Below, piece by piece: positions 53,727 through 64,000 of a stretch of 64,000 nt of DNA. Each line of letters starts with the position of its first letter. Position 1 is the first letter of the stretch. A program made the position numbers and the translations under genes. The stretch is from the NCBI RefSeq assembly GCF_009914755.1, contig NC_060926.1; one strand, written 5' to 3'. This DNA is from the human T2T-CHM13v2.0 reference genome, Homo sapiens. The notes under the pieces are model-generated. The model made no database searches. It saw only the letters and a program-made list of their open reading frames with translations, and was not told where the DNA came from.

Positions 53727-54479
53727 CAGCAGCAGGCTAAACCTGTAAGACCCAGAACCCTCTTTTAATGACAGTTTGTAAGATCCCCTTTATTGCCCTG
53801 AAATTAAATTCAAATATATTTACACAAATAATTTCCAAAAATATTAACATAATGTCATCATTATAAAGTAAAGAGAATAGGAAGATAATTTATAATAAAA
53901 TGATACCTATTTCTATATGAAAATGTTCAGGTATTATAACAAGAAGCCATATGAAATAGTCAGATGTTTGTGTCTATACTTAGAATCAGCATGAATGTGA
54001 CAACTACAAATGGAGTCGGGTACAGGTGTGTTGCATTGGCAACTCAAATACTGCAAATGGCGTTGCCATTGGTGATGTGATTTTCTGAAATGGTGAGCAA
54101 CTCTTGATAGAGTTTCTAACAAAACAAATTACACTCTTCCCTCAATTTACAATGTACTTGCATTCCTAGAAATGTTGGTGTATATTAAAATTATGCAAAA
54201 ATACTTTTTGTTTGTATGTAAAGTGGAATTAGGTTTTAGGTCCAAATAATTATGAGTAAATTTTTTACCTGCATGAATGCCTGTCAGGATATTTTAAAGC
54301 CATGCAGGATACAGAACTGTGCTTCTTCTCATGGGTCTGCCCTACACATGGCAGGAAATGTGGAATTACTGACCCACACACTGTCAGTAATCCTACCAAA
54401 TGTCATAGCATGCAAAGATGTACCCACAAACTACAAAAACACCTCCAGGGTGTGGTATTGCCCCTGTTAAGAACCACTA
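53727..54479 (+). mobile_element. MER20B-like hAT element
   Basis: Internal 'gattttctgaaatggtgagcaactcttg...cattcctagaaa...tatattaaaa' and terminal 'cccctgttaagaaccact'. Confidence 0.65.
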
Positions 54480-54499
54480 AAATAGGAAGACAAGTGTGG

Positions 54500-55600
54500 C
54501 TAGTCAACAGAGGGCAGAGAAGAAAGCAGTAGGAAATGAATGAATCAGGGTGGTAGGGAGGAGCCAGACTGTGTTGCTGCTGCTGTTGTTATTGTTAAGT
54601 ATTATGGGAAACCATTAGAAGATTCTAAGAAGGAAGTAACATAATGTATGATTTTTAACCATTAGAAGATTCTAAGAAGGAAGTAACATAATGTATGACT
54701 TTTAAAATATCACTTGGCTTGCTGTGTAAAGAGTGGATTATAAGGATATAGGAGTGGACAGATAGACCAGTTAGGAAGCTATTGCAAGTAGGTTGGGAAA
54801 AGATAATAATGCTTTGTATTAGGATGGTAGAGATGGACATGGGGTAACTGGCACATTCAGGACTTACTTTTGAGAACAAGAACTTGCTCATGGAGTCAGA
54901 TGTGGGAGGCAAAGAAAAATGAAATCAGGAATGGCTCAAAAATTTTTGTTTGGGCAGCTAGGCAAGTAACAGACATTTTCTGAAATGGAAAAGATTAGTG
55001 AATTAAGAGGTTTTTATGAAAAATAAGAGTTTTGTTGTGGATATGTTAAGATACCTGCTAGATATGCCAAGTGCCAAGTAGAGCAAATGGTTGTCTATGT
55101 TGTCCAGAGCTCAGTAAAGTGGCCAAGAGTATTGAATGAGTTAAGTTGGGGGACATATATAGGTGGATGGAACTTTGGCACAATCACAGGTGGCACAAGA
55201 AAGTGAGCTATTAAAGGAAACTAAGAAGTTTTCTTTCAATTAGGTAGGAAAATATATGGTTACTAAATCAAAACAAGGAAACATTATTTAGGAAAGAGTC
55301 ACATCTTTCTTGAATTATGCTGAAAGGTCGAGTAAGATGAACGTAGGAAATAATCATTTATTTTGGGATCATGAAGATTACCAGTGAGTTTCGTAAGAGC
55401 AGTTTCAGTGTGGTGATAAGGATCGAAATCCTATTAGATTGGGTTAATGAGAAAACAGGTGTCAGGAAGTAGACACTGCAACTATATACAACTCTTTCAA
55501 AAAGTTTTGATGTGAAACAGTGATGGTAAATAACAAAGTAACTGGAGTGAAATATACAAACTTTCTTTTAGGTGGGAGATTTCTGAAAATTTGCGTGCTG
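54500..55600 (-). mobile_element. L2 fragment containing a 47-bp tandem duplication
   Basis: 'atcacttggcttgctgtg...agaccagttaggaagctattgcaa', 'agagcagtttcagtg', 'acaactctttcaa'. Confidence 0.75.
54610..54703. repeat. 2 x 47-bp tandem duplication
   Basis: aaccattagaagattctaagaaggaagtaacataatgtatga(t/c)tttt twice, 46/47 identical. Confidence 0.95.
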
Positions 55601-55719
55601 GTAAGAAATAATCAGAAGTATGGTTATAAAGGAAAAGTACAATATGTAAGGTACAGAAAATAAGAACTGAATGATAAAATATCTGAGTCTATTAGGGGCT
55701 GAGGAGTGGATAACAGATG

Positions 55720-56181
55720 TTATTAGTTACTCCACCCACTTCCTTTTGCACTTATCTCCACTTACTAAAGGCTGATTACTGGATATACCTACAACTGCCC
55801 CAGCACTATTTTTTTTTTTTGACACATGAACCATGTTGGCCTATAGGTGCAGCAAACTGAACATATCAAAGAGTTAATTCCCTCCAAGCAATTTTCAACC
55901 TATGATTGGCAGAGAAATTATGGATAAACTCATTAACTTCTTCTCCCCTACATTATGATGACACCGAGGTATGTTCTACACTGTCTCCCAGACACTTCCC
56001 AGCTGAATTAAATTCCAGGTACCTAAAATGGTAGCTTTCTTACAACACACATTTTATTGACCTCCTTCTCTTCTTTATCTTAATTCCTTGCTGGTGTTTC
56101 TTGGGACAACTTTTCAAATAAATTATTTGCAATTATATCCTTGTCTTATGGTTTATTTCTGGAAGAATACAAACCAAGACC
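55720..56181 (+). mobile_element. LTR16-family ERVL LTR
   Basis: 'gaggtatgttctacactgtctcccaga...ttcttgggacaacttttcaaataaattatttgca...ccttgtctt...aaaccaagac'. Confidence 0.7.
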
Positions 56182-56313
56182 CAAAGGAAGCAGTATAGAG
56201 TATCAAATCAACATAGGAATATGATATCAACTTTGTTTAGATATATCTTCGGAAGAAAGTCTTATAATAAAATTAAATTGTTAATATGAGTTTACATTAA
56301 ATGGAGGATTCCA

Positions 56314-56402
56314 TTTCAGTTGCATATCAGGGAGGATACTTTCAGTTGCATATCAGGGAGGATACTTTCAGTTGCATATCAGGGAGGATACTTTCAGTTG
56401 CA
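56314..56402. repeat. 26-bp minisatellite, 3 perfect units plus 11 bp
   Basis: Unit tttcagttgcatatcagggaggatac starts at 56314, 56340 and 56366; partial unit at 56392. Confidence 0.97.
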
Positions 56403-56800
56403 AATTACAGGAAACTCATCCCAAAGTGGTCTTATAAGAAACAGTATTTTTGAGTTTTACATATAAAATGTGTGGAGGAAGGACATAGCTTGATTCAGGT
56501 TTCAAATAATGTCATAGATTCAGTATATCTCATTTCAGTTGTTACCTTTGGTATCAACCAAAAAGTGACAAGTCTGGACAACAATTCTAGTCCCTAAGTC
56601 CTCTGAACTTTGAAAGTCATGAAAAAGAATGTGTCCACTTCCTTGATAGGATAAACAAAAGTCCCAGAATTGAAACTTGTTGGGTGTGATGGGCCAAAGA
56701 GAGGTGTGCCTATCTGTGTAGTAATCACTGTGGCCATAGGGGTGAAAGAGATGTGCTGATTCCCTCAACCCCAGTATCCCAGAGTGACTCCAACCTCCTA
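56377..56800 (-). mobile_element. MLT1J/K-like MaLR LTR
   Basis: 'tatcag..aggatactttcagttgcaaattacaggaaactc...' is the antisense MLT1 terminus; also 'aaaagtcccagaattga', 'taatcactgtggccatagggg'. Confidence 0.55.
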
Positions 56801-56899
56801 TCCACAAGGGGCAAGTGGTCAACATTAGGCGGCAGATTCTCCTGTGTGAAGGCCTATTGGGGAAGTTGGCACATTCCACTTGCCTTCACTCCCACATTA

Positions 56900-57560
56900 A
56901 ATCAGTTACCCAATTCTGAATTGTCTATGTCTTAGACATTTGTTCCTTACTCCCTTACCCAAATGACCGTACTCTAGTCCAAATCATTGGCATCTATCAC
57001 ATAGATTAGTCAGTAGGCTCCTAACTAGTTGAGATGCATCCTCTCTCATCAACCCACATTCATCCGTTATAAAACATCCAGAGATTTGTTCATAAAACTC
57101 AAATTTGATCATGTGACTTCCTTGTTTCAATCCTTTTAGTGATTCCCATTCCACTTACAATAAAGACCAAATCTTTAGAATAGCTGAGTTGCACCCTGAC
57201 CACCTCTCTCATATCATCTTATACCACTTAGTTTTCCATGTTTCCACCATGCTGGATTTCTTTTGGCTCCTTGACCAAATCCTACTCCTTCCTACCATAT
57301 GAATGTTGCAAAGGCTGCATTCTGTGTTTGGAAATCATTTCTCCTTCCCAACTCCTCACCTTTCACCAGCTAACTGACCTTTATGTCTCCCCTTAAATGT
57401 TTTTTCGCCAAAAAGTCTTCACTGATTCTTGCCTACTCCTGCCCCTGCCCCAGAATAAGTAAAGTCTGCCCATCACATGCTCCCACAGAACTCTGCATCT
57501 TGAATGCTTCTGACACTTGAGATTAGTCCCTTCTCCCACCGGAATTCATTTCAATGAGGA
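56900..57560 (+). mobile_element. L2 fragment
   Basis: 'ctctagtccaa...ggctcctaactag...aaatttgatcatgtgacttccttg...cccattccacttacaataaa'. Confidence 0.7.
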
Positions 57561-58015
57561 CAAGCTAGGAGCTTCATATTTTAGTGAAAAAAAATAATTA
57601 ATAAATGAAAACTACTGCTTCATACTTTGTTGAAATTGAGATCCCAGAAAACATATATTTAGAAAGCTGATAGTTGAGGGTAATTATATATAAGTTATGC
57701 TTACAATTATTATGAAAATAATAAAGCACAATAAAAGTACTGGAAGAAAACACTTTGATATCTTGAGGGTGGTTTTGTCAGATGTGTCAGGGGCAGTGTA
57801 ATAAGGGGACAGGTAATTGCTTTCCATTCTTCCATATTTTGAAAATAATCTAAAATAATTATGTATATAATCATATGGGGATGCCAAAAACATTTTTAAA
57901 TGACAGAAAATTATCATTGCTCATATTCATGAAGAAAAATTGTGCACTTAAGTAGGGATTTCAAAGCTTAATTCTTAAAACTCCCAGCTGGCGCTCTCAG
58001 AGAGCTCATTTAACT

Positions 58016-58241
58016 CTGGTTTTCAAACACTTTAAGCATTTGAAACCTTTTATTTTCAGCTGACATCTCATATGGAAATCTGATATATAAAACAGAAACA
58101 GAATTCTCTGGTAGGAGCAGGGCGAGAAACAAAGGCAAGTTACTACGACTCTGCAATATCCCCACACCCCACACTTTCTCAGTGCAGCCTTGAGAGATGT
58201 CCATAGAATGTGGGACTGTGGAGAAGAGTTTGAAAACCATG
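58016..58241. mobile_element. hAT-Charlie MITE (MER102-like)
   Basis: Inverted termini tggttttcaaac / gtttgaaaacca. Confidence 0.55.
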
Positions 58242-58699
58242 ACCTCACTCAAACACAGAAATGATCAACAAAACCCAAGCCCCCAAATCTACAAAGTGAA
58301 GACCCAAATAGATGCTCATCCCTCAAATCCTAGAAACATGGAGGGTCTATATGTTTTTTAAATATATATTGGTTCAAAAATATCAAATACATCGGATGTT
58401 TCAATAATGGGAAAGCTGACATTTTTATTTTTAGGACTTTTAAAAAGCTTTTCTTCCTTTTCCTTTTCTCTTTTCTTTCATTCCCTTCTAGGACAATTCA
58501 GTTCTAAAACCACTGATGAGGATTAGGTAAGGTAAATGTCCTCACCGGAGTGGAGGATAATGGCCCACAACATAGTGTAAACTCCTGAGTGGGGTCAGAA
58601 GCCCTCCCACCAGCCCTGCCACCTCCACACCCCAAACCACTGGCAGCAGTGGTTTGAAATTATGAACCAGAGATGGGTAGGATGAGAAGTTTATCTATG

Positions 58700-60420
<1,721 letters not shown>

Positions 60421-63400
60421 ATAACAGGAAAACCCTGTCTAGGTTGAATTTTCACGTAGGAGTACCTTATAAACCACAACACAGCTTTATTTGGTGGCAT
60501 TTCTCTCTCCTTCATTCCACTTGCTCTCACTCTCAGTGAGGTCCCTAATTCTCGCAATTACTACATTCAGTATCTCCCTTAACATAGACTGCTTTTGCCC
60601 TTTGGCAGGGAGAATATAAGGAACTCTATTTTCTATTTTAAAATTTCTCTAAGCCATCTTATAGGTGTTGGGATTTTGCATCCTTGTCTTCTTGGCCTGC
60701 CATCTGGAAGCTTGTTTCACTCCCTGTTTTGCCCTAGCTACCTTGACTAAGTCCTTGGTATTCAGCCAGTCTTTCCATTTTTTATTTGGTCAGTCAATAA
60801 AAGATAGGGAAATACTCAGTGAGTATCAACTCTGTGCCAGACACCATCCCAGACACAGGATAATAATACAGCCAAAACCCTTCTGATGAGCCCTATGTAT
60901 TGAAACAAACAAGACTGTCTTCAAGAAGAGCTCATTTCTAAAGTCACAGTTGTTACTCTTCACAACATTCACACACACACACAAAAAAAAATTAGGAGGA
61001 GGAAGATAATAAGTAAAACGATTTATATACTGTTATTCTCTGATACTATTCCCATTGGAATGAGCAACACAGTTCTGGAAAATAAATGACCCGTACCTGA
61101 ACCTATTAAATTGCCATGACTCATTTCTAAAGTATCCCATTTGGCTTATAATCCTTCTGAATCAATTCTATTAAAAATATCATTAACACTTGCTTACATC
61201 ATTTACATAATGTGCAGGAACTAAATTAAAAGAGTTTGGAACAAACAGTGTATCTTGAGGCCTGGGTAGAATGTTATTGTATGCCCCATGATTTTTTGTT
61301 CTTACTGCAACATTCTCTTCATAGTAGTGAATGAGTGGTGGGAGGAGCTTTCACCTTAATGCCTGTTAAAGTGTCCCATGCTAATGCACAATGACTTATC
61401 TCATCTTCAAACTTTATTATTTGGAAGGAACCTATCCATATGCCTGGACAATATACAGATAAACACACCTGTCTCAGACTGAACTGCCCCTGAAGAATTA
61501 TGGGATGACTATTATACTGCAGATTCATGCATTGAATTCTGGACTTCTCAAGAAAATTCCACAGCCAATGTCTTGCTTAGAGCTGATTTCTACATTGTAC
61601 ATTAAATATTTTTAACTGAAAATTGGTTTTTAATTTTATTTTAGAAATTACTGTCCCATGTGTTAAAAATACAAGACAATCTTATTGCCTAGATAAGCTA
61701 CACAATTGTTCCATCCAGATTTTGCATCTACCTGATGCCCATAGGTATCACTGCTCTACTTAGACCATATCTCTTGAGCGGTAGGTTTCTAGTTTTATAT
61801 AGTTAACCAAATGGCCACAATTACAGCGCTTTTTTCTTTTTGGTACACATTAAATCTCTGGCTCAGTCACCCAAATGAGATCCTTGCCTATCCACTGTGG
61901 TGTATAAGTTGTGTACAAAACAAGTCAGAATTTGCTCTACTTTCTAATACAATGATAGGGACTCTTGATCTTTACTAAGTTCCTGGCATTTTCCAAGTAT
62001 CATAAAGCCCTCTCTGTATTATCTCATATGTTTTGCAGTTATCCCCTACCTGTGGTGAGAATGAGACCCAAAGTACAGAAGGAGAAACTGAAACACAAAT
62101 AAGTTGATGTTAATCCTTGTGATCTCCAGACTCCACATCTAAAATGTCTTTTCACATTGCACTGAGAATAGGGTTGGGAGGAGAGAATATGGTTACCTAG
62201 CTATAGGTAATAATTTATATTAAGTCATGAAACTCTAGATACTCAAAGATGAACAAGTTTATCCTACTGCCTTCAGACCAGCTCAGACCAGCACGTCATC
62301 ATTCCCCAACACTAAAAGGCTCTTGAAGGGTGTAGGTTAAGCTTTAAGACCCTGTAAATATAAAGATTCATCTTTATGCCAATAAAAATAATTTCTCTTA
62401 CCATTTAAGCCAAACGTTCTTGTTTTACTAAAAATCAAAAGCAACTGGTAAATTTTTTTCCATAAAGAAACGATTGTATGCATTTTGAAATTCCCATTAG
62501 GAGCTGGGGACAGATCACCACAATCCAGTAGAGACTTAAGTAGATCATGGCTAGGCTACATTTTGGTAAACCTTCATCCAACTCTGGATCACCCCTCCGA
62601 TGTGAACCCTCCAGGAGTCCTTACTGAGAGACTGGTAAGCTCTTTCTGCTTAATAGGTCATGACTCCAATTATTTGTCTCTTTATCTCCATGAGAGTGCC
62701 CAAAGATGCCCCACTCGCTTGTCAGAGTGTGACTTTCTGGTTTGCTTCTTAACTTCCTCCTCTGCCCAACTTAAGAATTCCACAAAAACTCAAGGGAAGA
62801 TCTGTAAAGGTTGGGTATCTCTAGCATCTTGGCCCCTCGAGCATCTCCCCTCTCTCCAGCATCTTGGTCTCTCAAGTCCTAGGAGCCTTCATAACCCTGA
62901 GCTTTAATTGTTTTCTTTGCATTGTGGATTTATCAGAAGTTCTGCTGGCTTCTCTGCCTCTTAGCTGCAAACCCCTCTAGGATTTTTAGACTCTCTCCAC
63001 TGGCCAAGAATGATAAATATCTCTGGAAGGAAAGCAGCTCACAAAATATCAACTCATCTCTCAATAATTACCTTCTTTTCTAGTAACTTGGCCCCTAAGT
63101 TACCTCAACTGTTCACCAAATTCTTCAAATACATCCTTTTTATATTTTGTCCCATTTTTCTATTGTTCTCAGTGGGAGTGTTGTTCTACCATAAGCTAAT
63201 ACATCATGCACTTTAGGATCTACTTTAATGATCTTTTAACTGAACATACATCATAGTTTAACATGACGCAATTTAAGTGCAAGTTCATAAAAGAACTAGC
63301 TCCTGTCCCCATTTTTCTGTGGCATCTTATTATTTCATGTGATATAATTTGAATAATGGAGAAAGGGTGGGTCTCTGCCCAAAAACATTTTATTCACATA

Positions 63401-64000
63401 TATTTGTTACTTAAGATCCAACTTTAGGAAATATGTTCAAAGAATTATCTCTGTTCATATATAAATATCTCTAGAAGAAGTTTGGCAGTCATTAACATTG
63501 ATGACGACGGATATCAGACTTTTATAAGAGGAGGAAGATAGAGGAAAAATAGGAGTCCAGGTCCTGCTAAGGAGAGAATTCCATGACCGGGTAGCCAGGA
63601 AAAAGAAAGGAAAGCCACAATGTGAGAAAAGTACCCTGAGAGGATCAAGCTTTTCTATATCCCAATTTTGGCCAGGACTGGCTCTAACCTGTCAGGATAT
63701 TGTACCTCTATCCAGATGAATAAATACTAGGAAGAAGCTTAATGTTCAACAAGGTTGGATACTCTTCTTAGGGGCTGAAAGGGAGCAACTTTGTCTGCTG
63801 GCTTTGTAGAGGGTGTATAGCCCAACTAGGCCTGACCTATTCACTCCTTTTCTAATTTTCTTATTAGTAGACAAATGTTTCCATTGATCCAGCATGTTAA
63901 TTTTTTTTCCCCGAACAATAATGAAACACATGGAAAAGTCTTGTGCTTGCATAGAAAAAAGTAACACATATGAAAGAAATGAAACTTTTGATCTTAAAGT

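Noticed and set aside
56314-56402. CRISPR-like regular 26-bp repeats
   Set aside because: Units are contiguous with no spacers, there are no cas genes, and the context is eukaryotic; it is a minisatellite.
58633-58656. 10-bp perfect hairpin caaaccactg-gcag-cagtggtttg
   Set aside because: Short enough to be expected by chance in 64 kb.
62485-62907. 140-aa ORF with a possible internal exon at 62501-62634
   Set aside because: TTG start, no recognisable domain, and a weak acceptor pyrimidine tract; not supportable without expression data.

Overview
AT-rich, CpG-poor primate (human/great-ape-like) genomic DNA, judged by AluY/AluS, L1PA and THE1/MST content. I see no protein-coding gene, tRNA, CpG island or CRISPR array. 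The ORF track is explained by decayed L1 ORF2, Alu and THE1 sequence plus chance ORFs, so the window looks intergenic or deep-intronic. A large part is interspersed repeat: three multi-kb L1s, one L1MC 3' region, one complete THE1 provirus, several solo MaLR/ERVL LTRs, six full-length Alus plus one remnant, hAT/Tigger MITEs, and MIR/L2 fragments. Subfamily names come from my recall of consensus sequences and need Dfam/RepeatMasker confirmation; boundaries of old repeats are approximate. I did not find a convincing new biological system. The best leads are: (1) a ~103-bp mitochondrial 16S rRNA NUMT that preserves the stop-free reading frame of the micropeptide SHLP5 but lacks its AUG; (2) a ~90-nt pri-miRNA-like hairpin carrying let-7 seed and anti-seed motifs; (3) two opposite-orientation Alus inserted at the same 17-bp target; (4) a THE1 5' LTR with a DUX4-type motif; (5) a young 95-bp L1PA2-like insertion and a perfect 26-bp VNTR; (6) three tiny exon-like units with strong splice signals; (7) an ancient palindromic element.
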